Source of the DNA: an uncultured Flavobacteriaceae bacterium
Lineage (GTDB): Bacteria > Bacteroidota > Bacteroidia > B-17B0 > Aurantibacillaceae
Reading direction: 5' to 3'
DNA length: 64,000 bases
Assembly: GCA_964387075.1 (NCBI GenBank)
Contig: CAYLVB010000012.1
Location: 81,210-145,209, forward strand
Below the pieces are notes generated by a model. The model did not search any database. It was not told the DNA's origin and saw nothing but the letters and a program-made list of their open reading frames with translations. Each line of letters opens with the position of its first letter. Positions within the stretch are counted from its first letter, which is position 1. Shown here one piece after another: positions 29,533-39,392 of the stretch. Both the position numbers and the translations under genes were made by a program.

Positions 29533-31101
29533 ATGAAAAAAATTCTATTCTTTTTATGTAACCTTCCTTCCTTCTTTCTTTTCTCCCAGCAATGGGATTG
29601 GGCAGTAACGGCAGATTCGGCTTACGGGAACCAGGCAACACGAATGATCTGCCGGAACAGTACTGCTATTTTTGCCCTGATCACGCAGGAGGGGCCCTCG
29701 GTCATTTACGGTACACATCTCGATTCGGGCTGTGTGGTTGTAAGAACAAGCTCTGCGGGGCAAATAACCTGGGCAAAATGGCTGCCCGGCAATATTCGCG
29801 GCATCTACGCCCAAAATAACGGCGACAGTTATTTTATCGGCAATTTTAAAGGAACATTGAACTTTGGCGGAACTACTTTTAATTCGTACGGAGGCAGTGA
29901 TGTTCTTTATGGTAAACTGGATGGAGCCGGGAATGTACTCTGGATCAAGAGCGGGGGAAGTCTTAACGACGATGTGGGCAACTGCATACGCAGCGACGCA
30001 CAGGGAAACATTTTTCTGGGCGGGCAGATCAAAGATGATTTTATGATCGACAACCAATCCACCAGCGGGTACACCGGGGCCAACACGTATCTTATCCGCT
30101 GTGATCAGTACGGGAATTATCTTGAATCTGTAGAAGACAGTATAGGGATATTGCACAACGGGCAGAAGTTTGATGTAGATATTAACGACGTAATTTTTAT
30201 GTCCTGCCAATACAGTACGTATCCTTGTCCTTATCACTGTTCAGGTTACGATATACTGCGCGTTGACCCTCAAACCTATACCGTCACTCCGCAATCCGCC
30301 CTGGGCTCTTATGAATATTTGCATAGCTGGGCGGTGAACGATGATCAAACTGTTACAGCGAATTACAGTACAGGTTCACATTACATGACCACCTATGGTA
30401 TTTTCCGGGTGGTGGGGAACACGTATCCGCATACTTTCAGGAAAGGCCTGGGAAACGGGTATGATGGCCAATGGACGCCTTGTCTTGCCAAAGGCATTGA
30501 CAAAGAAATAATTGTTGGTGGTGATTTCAACCGCGGATGGTCAGGTAATATCGATACGATCTGGTATGATAGTTTTTTTGCTGAAGCGGATACCCTGAAC
30601 AATATTATGGTTGGAGCGATCGATACATCCAATTTATTTACCTGGCTTTTGCGTTCGGAAGGAAAAGGATACAACAAAACAAATAGCCTCTTGTCTGACC
30701 GGGCGGGACATTTTTATATAGCGGGGACTTACAACACGAACCATTACTTCATGTATGATACTGTGCCAGACCCGATCACATTCGGAAATATAGTTCTGAA
30801 CGCGGAAAATGTTTTCACGAAATTTTTCCTTGCAGGGGGAACAACCGGAGCCGCGATCTCAGTAAATTCTTTTGAAGAGCCGGTTACCTCGATCTTTCCG
30901 AACCCATGCACGGGAAAATTGTACTGTACTTCAACTATAGAAGCAGGTAACTGCCAAATATTTGATCTGACAGGGCAACCCGTAGCAGCAAGAATACGCG
31001 GAAAAGAGATCGACCTCAGTGCGCAGCCCGACGGAATCTATTTTGTCTGTGTGAAACTGGAACAGAGGTCGCTCGTTAAAAAGATCGTATTAAGCCGGTA
31101 A
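29533..31101 (+). CDS. Beta-propeller protein with T9SS type A CTD
   Basis: Signal peptide, degenerate SBBP repeats, IFPNP...GIYFV...KKIVL; TAACTTTG box at 29513-29520. Confidence 0.85.
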   Translation: MKKILFFLCNLPSFFLFSQQWDWAVTADSAYGNQATRMICRNSTAIFALITQEGPSVIYGTHLDSGCVVVRTSSAGQITWAKWLPGNIRGIYAQNNGDSYFIGNFKGTLNFGGTTFNSYGGSDVLYGKLDGAGNVLWIKSGGSLNDDVGNCIRSDAQGNIFLGGQIKDDFMIDNQSTSGYTGANTYLIRCDQYGNYLESVEDSIGILHNGQKFDVDINDVIFMSCQYSTYPCPYHCSGYDILRVDPQTYTVTPQSALGSYEYLHSWAVNDDQTVTANYSTGSHYMTTYGIFRVVGNTYPHTFRKGLGNGYDGQWTPCLAKGIDKEIIVGGDFNRGWSGNIDTIWYDSFFAEADTLNNIMVGAIDTSNLFTWLLRSEGKGYNKTNSLLSDRAGHFYIAGTYNTNHYFMYDTVPDPITFGNIVLNAENVFTKFFLAGGTTGAAISVNSFEEPVTSIFPNPCTGKLYCTSTIEAGNCQIFDLTGQPVAARIRGKEIDLSAQPDGIYFVCVKLEQRSLVKKIVLSR

Positions 31102-31899
31102 TTATTTTCCTTTCTCAGAGTCTGCCCAGCCGAAAACTTTTTTAAGGATGTCGTTCACGCGGGCCATGGGGTCTTTGCGGATCTTGGCCTCCTCATCGGC
31201 AACTAACAGGAATAAACCGTAGATCGCTTTTTTAGTCACGTAATCATCAAGATCTGGGTTTTGCTTTTTAACACCGGGTATCTTGTTGTATTTTTTAACC
31301 AGCGGGTTCCAGTAATCGGTCACCTTTACTTTGCTGATGGCTTCTTTTACAATAGGCTTATACTGCGTGTACAATTCCGGGCTGGTAGAAGTTTTTAAGT
31401 AGGAGGTGGCGGCGGTATCGGCTCCCTTCAGGATCTTCATTCCATCGCTCACGGTCATGCCTTTAATTGCGGCCAGGAACACCGGAGCGGCGGTTTTGGC
31501 GGCCTCTTCGGCGGCGCGGTTCAGTGAAGTTTCGAACTCATCCACTTTCTTCTGCATCCCCAGTTTCACCAATTTCTTTTTCATCTCCGTTGCTTCCGGA
31601 GGGAAGGGGATGAAAAGGCGAGGGTTCTTCAGGTAGCCATCCACTTTAGAGGTGGCGGCGGTGGAATTATTTGAACCGGTGTTGAGGGCTTCCTTTAAAC
31701 CCGCGATGATCTCTTCGTTGGTAGGCGCTTTTATTCCGCCGCCATTCAACGCGCCCTCACCGGCTTTTTTAATGTCCTCTACAGCTTTGCCCGGGTCTTT
31801 TTTAATCTCGTCCTTGGCTTTGTCCCACATCCCGCCCAAACCCTGGGCCTGGGTACCCAGATAAGCGGTACCAAGCAGTATCAAAAAAAGTTTCTTCAT
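31102..31899 (-). CDS. DUF4197 domain-containing protein
   Basis: GLKEAL..G, LNRAAE.AA..A.PVF..AI, DLDDYVT.KA..GLF...EE..IRKDP.AR...LKKVFG. Confidence 0.9.
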   Translation of the reverse strand: MKKLFLILLGTAYLGTQAQGLGGMWDKAKDEIKKDPGKAVEDIKKAGEGALNGGGIKAPTNEEIIAGLKEALNTGSNNSTAATSKVDGYLKNPRLFIPFPPEATEMKKKLVKLGMQKKVDEFETSLNRAAEEAAKTAAPVFLAAIKGMTVSDGMKILKGADTAATSYLKTSTSPELYTQYKPIVKEAISKVKVTDYWNPLVKKYNKIPGVKKQNPDLDDYVTKKAIYGLFLLVADEEAKIRKDPMARVNDILKKVFGWADSEKGK

Positions 31900-31925
31900 A
31901 AGTATATTTTTGTGTGTTTTGTTTT

Positions 31926-31940
31926 GCAAATGTCGTGCCG
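31926..31940 (-). promoter_or_regulatory. Sigma54 (RpoN) -24/-12 promoter
   Basis: Minus strand CGGCACG-ACAT-TTGC matches (T)GGCACG-N4-TTGC, 26 nt before the DUF4197 ATG. Confidence 0.65.
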
Positions 31941-32218
31941 AAGCAGGAACGAAGATACAAATTCGGCGTAACCTGATAAAGAGGAGCGCATCGGTATTTT
32001 ACAATAAGAATTTGCAAGCAGGTAACTAGCTGGGTAGTAGTAAATTCTAGGACGCCGAACGATCTTGCCAGAATAAAAGCCACAGAACGGATAATAAGAA
32101 CTATGTTTGCCACGGATTGGTTCAATATATGCCTGCGGACCATGGCAAACCCGCGCAATATTCAACATCTCCAGAAGCTTTCTCCGATACTATTTTGTAA
32201 CCCTGTTAATTTATTCGG

Positions 32219-32680
32219 ATGACTTCCAAAGCAATTAAACCGATCCATATTTTACTTGCAGACGACGATAAGGATGACGGCTATTTTTTTATTAAGGCGC
32301 TGGAGGAGATACAGTTCGACACCAGGCCGATGATCGTAGAGGACGGAGAAAAGCTGATGAACTATCTGAAAAGACCGGGCTGTAAACTGCCGGATGTGCT
32401 CTTTCTTGACCTGAATATGCCCCGCAAGAACGGAATGGAATGTCTACTGGAGATTAAGGCACACACGGATCTAAAAGATCTTCCCGTGATCATATACTCA
32501 ACCTCCCTGCACGAGGATGTGGCTGACCTCTTGTATAAGAACGGTGCGCATTATTATGTTCGTAAGACCGACCATAGCGAGTTGAAAAAGATACTGCGCC
32601 ATATATTCGGCCTCATGGCGGAAGGCAGGTTCAATAGGCCTTTAAGAAATAAATTCATAGCCAACCTGGTGGAGGTATGA
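32219..32680 (+). CDS. Single-domain response regulator (receiver)
   Basis: ILLADDD, PDVLFLDLNMP, IIYSTS, YVRK. Confidence 0.92.
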   Translation: MTSKAIKPIHILLADDDKDDGYFFIKALEEIQFDTRPMIVEDGEKLMNYLKRPGCKLPDVLFLDLNMPRKNGMECLLEIKAHTDLKDLPVIIYSTSLHEDVADLLYKNGAHYYVRKTDHSELKKILRHIFGLMAEGRFNRPLRNKFIANLVEV

Positions 32681-32684
32681 TCTA

Positions 32685-32966
32685 ATGAAAAAGAAAGCAC
32701 CCCTTGCCGGTAAAAACCGACCCGCTAAAAAAGAGAAAAAAGAAAGCCCTTTCCCGGTTGTTGCCATTGGTGCCTCGGCCGGCGGTCTTGAAGCGTTTTC
32801 CCTATTATTAGAAAGTCTTTCTGAAAGAACAGGCATGGCCTTTATCTATGTACAGCATCTGAGACCCGATCATAAAAGCGTACTTACTGAGATACTATCG
32901 AAGAAGACAAAAATGAAAGTGCAGACCATCACGGATATGGAGCTGATGAAGCCGAATAATATCTAC
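32685..32966 (+). pseudogene. 5' fragment of a CheB-domain (CheB/CheR/PAS-kinase type) gene
   Basis: VVAIGASAGGLEA...YVQHL.P motifs. Similarity stops at PNNIY; the ORF then runs into foreign sequence to 33059. Confidence 0.85.
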
Positions 32967-33121
32967 TCAGGGAATCACAACCTGAATTTGATAGCAAGAA
33001 ATCTAAGGCGTTATCAGATGATGACAAAACACGCAGACTTCAAATTGTCTATTGGATAGTTGGAATTATTGGAACTTTAGGCACTTTAACCTTTGGAGTA
33101 ATTGCCCTTTTTAAAAAATAA
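32960..33121 (+). pseudogene. 3' remnant of a foreign gene with a C-terminal TM helix
   Basis: Startless frame YLLRESQPEFDSKKSKALSDDDKTRRLQIVYWIVGIIGTLGTLTFGVIALFKK* begins at the CheB breakpoint. Confidence 0.5.
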
Positions 33122-33123
33122 TT

Positions 33124-35016
33124 CTATTCTCTTTTTTTAATTAGTATAGCAATTCTTAGTAAAACGCTAAGAACAAGAACTGCCTTGTCGGGTGAATAAT
33201 CTTCTAAATCTAAATGTGCATGCGCTACCACGTTCCGGATATTTGGACCAGCTTTGCTATTCATGATGAAATCTACGAATATTAGATGATCCAGTAGCAT
33301 TGTCTTATCCTCTTCTTCTAGGTTTTTTTCTTCTTCAATAAGCTTAAAAATATCAGACATCAATATTCCAAAGGTCTTTTCTTCCACAGTACCGTCTTCC
33401 TTTATTCTTGAGGTGAGAATTTTGAATTTTTCCTCACAAATTAGTCGAAGTATATATTCAACTTTAGGGGTTAAGGAATCTATTGAGCATACATAGCTTG
33501 GATTGCCCCCATTATTGGCTAAGGAAAGATTCAGCTGACTGAAAAACAGTTTAATTGGTTCGTCTAGCAATTTCGCAACAACTACCTTCCTAGTAAAGCC
33601 ATTATAGACCTTCACTATTTCTTCTCCGTACCAAGTATTGCTCGATAACCACTTTATAATAAATTCAGCAGTTATTTTATTTGCGCGCACTGCCTCATAA
33701 AAATAAGAAGCATGTATTTGCAAGTCAATTTGGGTGAGTAGTTCATACATCTGATAAAATGATACTCTGTCATCTTCAGATTGCGCTCCTATAGTTATAT
33801 TGTTATTCCCGTGTTTATCATAAATATCTACTGAAAGCATCCTTGAGAGGCTGAAATTTGTATCTTCGCTTTCCATTTTTTTAATCATAGAGAAAGTTGG
33901 AATCATTTCTCCGTATGCAATTCGTTTTAAAAGAAACTCAGGTTCTTTAGTTGAAACTTCCTCGTCTCTTTGTTTTTCTTTTGCCTTTGTGAACTCATCA
34001 ACTGCAGGAAAGGACATTTTACCAAAATTCATTTCCTTTTTTGCTTTCGTAAAAGCCTCATGTATTTCGTTAACTTTTTGCTCATCCCCTATCAATTTAT
34101 AATACTTTATGGCTGAAATATAAAATTTAGGGGCCACCATACCTTTCCTCTTTTCAGCTTCGGCAACATAACAATCAGCACATAATCTATACCAAGGGTC
34201 AGTTTCTTCTTTTAACTTTGCGGCTAAATGCACCGCGTTTTTAGCAATATCAATTGCATTATGGTTGTCAGTATTTTTGAATTCAACTGCAATCTCCCAG
34301 TTTTTTTTCAAAATTGGCTTTAGGCCATATTCAGAAAATTCCGAGAAATGTTCGTGTAATAACCGAGTATAACTAAAAAGGAGATGCCTAGTGCCTTCTT
34401 TGTTTTTATCCCAACTGGACAGTTTGTCATAAATAAAATTTCTAACTTGCTTATAAAACGGCACCATTTCCTTTACATTTCTTCTTTGATGAGCTAAAAG
34501 AAAAACATCTTTTGTTAGGGAAGTTAAATAGGTAACGTAATGCTTCTTTTTATTTATTTTGTCATCAATTGCCTTAGCGTAGTATGCATCCATTAAAGCA
34601 AACATAGATTTCAAAACCTCTGCAACAAACTGATTATCTCTTTTTTTCTTAGACTGAATTAAAAATATCCCGTATTTATATCGGATATAATCATTCTTGG
34701 ATTCATCGAATCTCTTTAAAATATATTCAAAATCAGCATCTGCATATTTTGTTATGTCCGGCCATTGAACTAAAATTTCCACTGCACCATTTGGTAATTT
34801 TCTCCCCTCAGTTGAAGCCGGCTCTATTCCTCTCTCCATTGATACACTAAAGTGTAATTGTTCATATTCCAAGGTTAGCAAACGATGTTCTTCATCAGTT
34901 CCTTCTTTTTTGCACTCGCCCCCCAATCTATTCAATTCATCTCTTAGGTTTGAATAATCACCGTAGTCTAGTTTTGAGGAATCTAATTTTGAAGTGTATG
35001 TGTTAAGAAGTTTCAA
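33124..35016 (-). CDS. DUF4209-like protein with C-terminal HEPN-type RxxxxH motif
   Basis: Helical 630 aa; C-terminal L.PKVEYILR...GPNIRNVVAHAHL. Confidence 0.7.
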   Translation of the reverse strand: MKLLNTYTSKLDSSKLDYGDYSNLRDELNRLGGECKKEGTDEEHRLLTLEYEQLHFSVSMERGIEPASTEGRKLPNGAVEILVQWPDITKYADADFEYILKRFDESKNDYIRYKYGIFLIQSKKKRDNQFVAEVLKSMFALMDAYYAKAIDDKINKKKHYVTYLTSLTKDVFLLAHQRRNVKEMVPFYKQVRNFIYDKLSSWDKNKEGTRHLLFSYTRLLHEHFSEFSEYGLKPILKKNWEIAVEFKNTDNHNAIDIAKNAVHLAAKLKEETDPWYRLCADCYVAEAEKRKGMVAPKFYISAIKYYKLIGDEQKVNEIHEAFTKAKKEMNFGKMSFPAVDEFTKAKEKQRDEEVSTKEPEFLLKRIAYGEMIPTFSMIKKMESEDTNFSLSRMLSVDIYDKHGNNNITIGAQSEDDRVSFYQMYELLTQIDLQIHASYFYEAVRANKITAEFIIKWLSSNTWYGEEIVKVYNGFTRKVVVAKLLDEPIKLFFSQLNLSLANNGGNPSYVCSIDSLTPKVEYILRLICEEKFKILTSRIKEDGTVEEKTFGILMSDIFKLIEEEKNLEEEDKTMLLDHLIFVDFIMNSKAGPNIRNVVAHAHLDLEDYSPDKAVLVLSVLLRIAILIKKRE

Positions 35017-36077
35017 GTCGTTGTAAATTTAATTTTGCTCCGAAGCCTTTCTCTCCTCTGAATTATATACCAAGCTTCTTCTAGTCCGCTAAATATTTCT
35101 TTCTCACTTGTAGCATGAATATAAAGAAAGCCATCAAGATTTTTAACAGACCTTTCCATATCCTGGGTTGGAGTAATATTAGAGATGCAAATTTCAATCA
35201 GGCCTTCTTCTCTTTTTCTCTCTGCCTTACCCCACTTAATGAACGTATCTTCTAAAGCCATTTGGCCTAATATCTGGTTCCAATGATACATTGAGCGTAC
35301 CCTTATTTCGGCAGGACCATAATTCATTCCCTCCTTCTTTTTAAGAAAAATGCTTTTAGCCTCAGTAGGTTTTTCAAAATACTGCATCAGTTCTTTATTT
35401 TCACAGATTGCGTTGAGAGCTTTTTGAGCGTACGCAATAGGCTCAAACTCTCGCTTCAGAGATTCTAAATTATCATATATATAGCCTTTCATTAAATGGA
35501 AGAAGGTACATCCAAGTAGAAAATTGACTAGCATGATTGAGCAAACCCATATCTGCCAACGGGATAGTTGAACATCCTTTGTTAGAAGGAGTAAAACGAA
35601 CACAACAAAGGATAAAACAAAGTATTCTCTTAACCGGGAATGGTTTTCACTAATGAATTTATCAGTTTCCTCCTTATCTAACTCCATAAGTGCCTCCGAA
35701 AAAACAATAATATGCTTCTTTGGATTTAAGTATCCATAGCTCTCCTTTGCTACTCCAATAAAACTTAATATCTCCACAAATGTTTTTCGTTTGTTCCATG
35801 GCCAAGCTAGCAATCGAATAAGCAGGTCGCCAATAATTACTTCCCCACAGAGCCTCCACAAAAGGTACCATACTACAAATATTCCTAAAAAAAAATAAAT
35901 TAACTTGGTCGTAGATAAAGAGGGAGGTAGTGGATCCTTTATGAGACTTTGAATGGAGAAACTATATCCAAATAATAAACAGGTAAAAAAGAAGGTGATT
36001 AAAAGCTTAAAGAGAAGTATTATAAGTTTCTCAAGTTTGGCAGGCTCTTCAGTAAGTAGTTTGGCTAAATTATACAT
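35013..36077 (-). CDS. Hypothetical membrane protein (about 4 TM helices plus soluble C-terminal domain)
   Basis: Two pairs of hydrophobic segments; its stop overlaps the TTG start of the downstream gene. ATG 36077 or TTG 36092. Confidence 0.75.
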   Translation of the reverse strand: MYNLAKLLTEEPAKLEKLIILLFKLLITFFFTCLLFGYSFSIQSLIKDPLPPSLSTTKLIYFFLGIFVVWYLLWRLCGEVIIGDLLIRLLAWPWNKRKTFVEILSFIGVAKESYGYLNPKKHIIVFSEALMELDKEETDKFISENHSRLREYFVLSFVVFVLLLLTKDVQLSRWQIWVCSIMLVNFLLGCTFFHLMKGYIYDNLESLKREFEPIAYAQKALNAICENKELMQYFEKPTEAKSIFLKKKEGMNYGPAEIRVRSMYHWNQILGQMALEDTFIKWGKAERKREEGLIEICISNITPTQDMERSVKNLDGFLYIHATSEKEIFSGLEEAWYIIQRRERLRSKIKFTTT

Positions 36078-36270
36078 ACTCAAAGATAGCAAACTACCGT
36101 TTATCTTCTGCTAAAATAACCGCTTTAGAGAATTGTGTAGTTAAATCCCGTAACCTCTGCTAATTCATAAAAAACGTCGATTTCTATCGGGGTATTTTCC
36201 GTAATTGTTTTGAAGGAAATTTGAACTATATGCCAAAAACTTAAATCATTAAATTCGGTAATTTTTTTAT

Positions 36271-36453
36271 CCGCAATACAGCGAACGGATCTTCGAAGTG
36301 TTCCAGCGCCTGCATAACCAGGAAGAGTATAAAGGCACGGGTATGGGGTTGGCCATCTGTAAACGGATCGTTGAAAATCACCAGGGACTAATTACCGCTA
36401 CCGGTTTACCACATAAAGGAGCCCGGTTCGATATTTATATTCCGGTAGTATAA
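36271..36453 (+). pseudogene. 3' fragment of a histidine kinase HATPase_c domain
   Basis: PQYSERIFEVFQRLHNQEEYKGTGMGLAICKRIVENHQGLITATGLPHKGARFDIYIPVV* (F and G2 boxes), no start codon. Confidence 0.88.
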
Positions 36454-36480
36454 TTAGTGACCTTAAACAAGAACAGCTTG

Positions 36481-38202
36481 TTAAGGTTCGCGCTTCAGGA
36501 AAGCAAAGCCTCCTTTACGGTATATCTCTTTCAATTCGGGAACAGCCTTAAGTCTTTCATCGGCTTCCGTTACTTTTACCGCAAAATAAGCGGGCTTATC
36601 GATCTTTTCGTAAAGCATCCAGTTCATGCTCATCAGGTTGAAAGAGAAGGCTGCCGCGTGTCCTTCCTTCATCATTCTATCCTCGCTCTGCTTAATATAA
36701 GAAAGCATGGCCGGTGAATTGTGTTGGGGCTGGCGGTTTGTGTAGAACATATAGGCGTAGCTTTTAAAACCTATCGTTTCCACGTAACAATCATTTCCCT
36801 GCAGGTTCTTGTAGAATTCGATCGCAGGTCCCTGCGAGTATTGCTCTATTTTAGGAGTGACCATCACTAAAAGCAGCCAAACGGTTATACCGCTTGTTAA
36901 GAAAAGCCCTATGGCCGCTTTTTCCATGCTTCCTTTGTAGAAACGGAATAAAAAGAAAAGTGCGCCAACCAAAAAGATCAGTCCCGCTAAAAACTCGTAG
37001 CCGCCCCACTCAACTTTGGTACTTAAACTGGCTATGGCGAAATCATCATCAATTAATTTTGAATCGATGATCTGCTGTTTGAACTTTTCAATGAAAGGAA
37101 TAGCCGTAAAAGCGATGCCGGCCAGAGCAATGATAATAACACCTGCATAAAAAAGATAAAAGCTAAGCCTTTTTCCCTGCTGTACCATGTAGTACATGCT
37201 GTAAGCCGCCAGGTAGGTCATGGGAAAATAACACATACTGGAATAATGCACGATCTTGGTCTTCACAATGCTGAACAGTATCAAAACGGTCCAAAACAAA
37301 AAGAGCATCCATTTTTTGGTGAACAATTGATAAGGCGTATCGTTATCATACTTCTTATGCGCGGGAATGAAGAAAATAGAAGCCGGGAAACATCCTACCA
37401 GCAAAACCACGAAGTGATAAAAGAAAAATCCGCCGTGGTCAGAATCTTCGGTATTGAACAGCCTTGCCTGGTACACGAGGAACTCTTTCACCACATCGGC
37501 GTGCCCGCTAAGGATCTCAAAAATGAACCAGCTGAAACCCGTTAGCAGCAAAGTGAAAATGAAAAGCAACAGGTTTTTGATATTTGAGAAAAGTTTGATC
37601 TTTAATAAAAGCCAGGCGGCGGTCATGGTGATACCAATGATCAGCAAAGCAACCGGGCCCTTGGTCAGGACTGCCAGTCCGCCAAAAATTCCGGCGTAAA
37701 TGGGTCGCTTGCTTATTTTATCAGGAACATTGTTGTTGAACCACTGAATAAGGTTGTAAACGCTTAGAAAAATAAAAAGATTGAACCAGGGATCGATAAT
37801 GCCCGATTTAAAATAAAGGAAGGGAAGAAAAGACCCGGCATAAGCCAAAACCCAGAGCAGGCCGAAGCGATGGTCGTACATCTTTCTACCGATGCTGTAA
37901 ATAAGATTTAAAGTAACGATGCCGCAAATAGCATCTGGCAATCGGGCGGCGAACTCGTTCACGCCAAGCAATTTCATGCTCAGTGCCTGTAACCAGATGA
38001 AGAGTGGCGGCTTCTCCCAGAAAGGCTGGAAGTTCAGCTGCACACGGCTGTAATCGCCGGTAACGAGCATTTCGCGCGCGCACTCGGCAAAATTGATCTC
38101 GTCCCAGTCAAATAAATGCACTTTGCCCAGGAACGGAATGAAGAGCAGGCCGCTTACCAGCGTGATGATGTAGTGCCAGGTATACGCCTTGTTATCCTTC
38201 AT
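36481..38202 (-). CDS. ArnT/GT83-like (PMT_2) membrane glycosyltransferase
   Basis: LFDWDEINFAECAREM, FWEKPPL, EFAARLP, LTKGP. Confidence 0.9.
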   Translation of the reverse strand: MKDNKAYTWHYIITLVSGLLFIPFLGKVHLFDWDEINFAECAREMLVTGDYSRVQLNFQPFWEKPPLFIWLQALSMKLLGVNEFAARLPDAICGIVTLNLIYSIGRKMYDHRFGLLWVLAYAGSFLPFLYFKSGIIDPWFNLFIFLSVYNLIQWFNNNVPDKISKRPIYAGIFGGLAVLTKGPVALLIIGITMTAAWLLLKIKLFSNIKNLLLFIFTLLLTGFSWFIFEILSGHADVVKEFLVYQARLFNTEDSDHGGFFFYHFVVLLVGCFPASIFFIPAHKKYDNDTPYQLFTKKWMLFLFWTVLILFSIVKTKIVHYSSMCYFPMTYLAAYSMYYMVQQGKRLSFYLFYAGVIIIALAGIAFTAIPFIEKFKQQIIDSKLIDDDFAIASLSTKVEWGGYEFLAGLIFLVGALFFLFRFYKGSMEKAAIGLFLTSGITVWLLLVMVTPKIEQYSQGPAIEFYKNLQGNDCYVETIGFKSYAYMFYTNRQPQHNSPAMLSYIKQSEDRMMKEGHAAAFSFNLMSMNWMLYEKIDKPAYFAVKVTEADERLKAVPELKEIYRKGGFAFLKREP

Positions 38203-38864
38203 CCGAACAATTTGTAAATAGGCTTATCCAGTTTACTGAATTTCTCAGCGCTTTTAGAATGATAGAAGAACCAGCACACAAGCGAAGAAAAACATACCGC
38301 GATGAAACTTCCGGCGGTAATGTCCTCAAAGAAGTGCTGCGACAAATAAACCCTTGAAAAAGCCACCAGCATGGCCATGAAAAAGAAAAAGACCTTCGAC
38401 GATACCTTCTGCGACAAAAAACTCAAACAAAAGAACAAAGCGAAAGCCGCGGTGGCGTGCCCCGATGGAAAGCTGTGATGAATGTGTTGTTCCTCGATAA
38501 GATCGGGGATCACCTGCAGCGGAACATAGATCTTCTCGAAATACAATTGAGGCCTGTCGGCATCACCAAAAAAAGCGTACTTGATGCCCTGGGTAAAGCC
38601 CGCGCTCAGCCCATAAGCCAGCAGGGTGGTCAAGCCTCTCCTGACATTGAAAATTAACAGGATGGCGCCTATACCCAGCACAAAAATGCCGTCGCCAAAA
38701 TTGGTGAAATACTTAAAGAAAACGTTGAGGTAAGGATTAAGTAAGCCGTTGAAATAAAGATGCAGCTGTACTTTGTCGGTGATCGCTACGACCGTGCAGG
38801 CCGCTAAAAAGATGACCGCGTAGGGTATAAGGAAAGTTCTATTTTGAGAAAGCGTTTGGCGCAA
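38199..38864 (-). CDS. PAP2 family phosphatase
   Basis: K......RP, SFPSGH, SRVYLSQHF. Confidence 0.92.
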   Translation of the reverse strand: MRQTLSQNRTFLIPYAVIFLAACTVVAITDKVQLHLYFNGLLNPYLNVFFKYFTNFGDGIFVLGIGAILLIFNVRRGLTTLLAYGLSAGFTQGIKYAFFGDADRPQLYFEKIYVPLQVIPDLIEEQHIHHSFPSGHATAAFALFFCLSFLSQKVSSKVFFFFMAMLVAFSRVYLSQHFFEDITAGSFIAVCFSSLVCWFFYHSKSAEKFSKLDKPIYKLFG

Positions 38865-38896
38865 AAGAAATTTTGCCTAAAGATACTCGGAAAAAC

Positions 38897-39187
38897 CTAA
38901 AGCAATACCAGTTCTTTTATCAACTCTTTTTTAAGATACTGGTTCACGTTCTTAATAAGCTGCGACTTCAAAAAATGCAATTCATTCTTAAGTGCCGAAG
39001 AATCTACCTGCAGGAACAAAGTGTGGTCTTTGATGAACATGCGCTTGGTGTGTCTCGCTATCATCTCGCCGGCTATCTCTTTCCAGTGCACAATAAGTTC
39101 GGAAGTGTCTATTTTTTTTTCCAGCCGGTTCTGCTTTAAAAAGGCCTGTATCGCGTCGCCTAAACTGCTTAAATTCTGTTTGCTCAT
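38897..39187 (-). CDS. DUF721 / DciA family protein
   Basis: W.EIAG.MIARHT...L...VDSSALKNEL pattern, 96 aa. Confidence 0.85.
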   Translation of the reverse strand: MSKQNLSSLGDAIQAFLKQNRLEKKIDTSELIVHWKEIAGEMIARHTKRMFIKDHTLFLQVDSSALKNELHFLKSQLIKNVNQYLKKELIKELVLL

Positions 39188-39259
39188 TGCAGATACTAAA
39201 TTACTGATTATTGATCCTTTGTACTGACTTGTTCAAAATTTAATGCTGTATTAAAAATT

Positions 39260-39325
39260 CCCCTCCTTCAAAAAAGGAGGGGCTTTTCAGGAAGGACGAA
39301 GTCCCTTCGAAAAAGCGGGGTGGTC
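39260..39325. repeat. REP-like composite hairpin
   Basis: CCCCTCCTT-CAAAA-AAGGAGGGG, then a GCTTTT...AAAAGC hairpin and GGGGTGGTC. Confidence 0.6.
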
Positions 39326-39335
39326 CCCAGAAGGC

Positions 39336-39372
39336 CAAAGAAAAAGCCCCTCCGCAATGGCGAAAGGGCTTT
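39336..39372 (-). terminator. Rho-independent terminator of rpsT
   Basis: AAAGCCC...GGGCTTT stem with a T-tract on the minus strand. Confidence 0.7.
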
Positions 39373-39392
39373 CAATATAGATGCAGTAACGC

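Larger units (their letters stand above)
32966..36270. mobile_element. AT-rich horizontally acquired island replacing the middle of a hybrid kinase gene
   Basis: Abrupt compositional shift, bounded by CheB and HATPase fragments; no integrase or transposase present. Confidence 0.7.
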
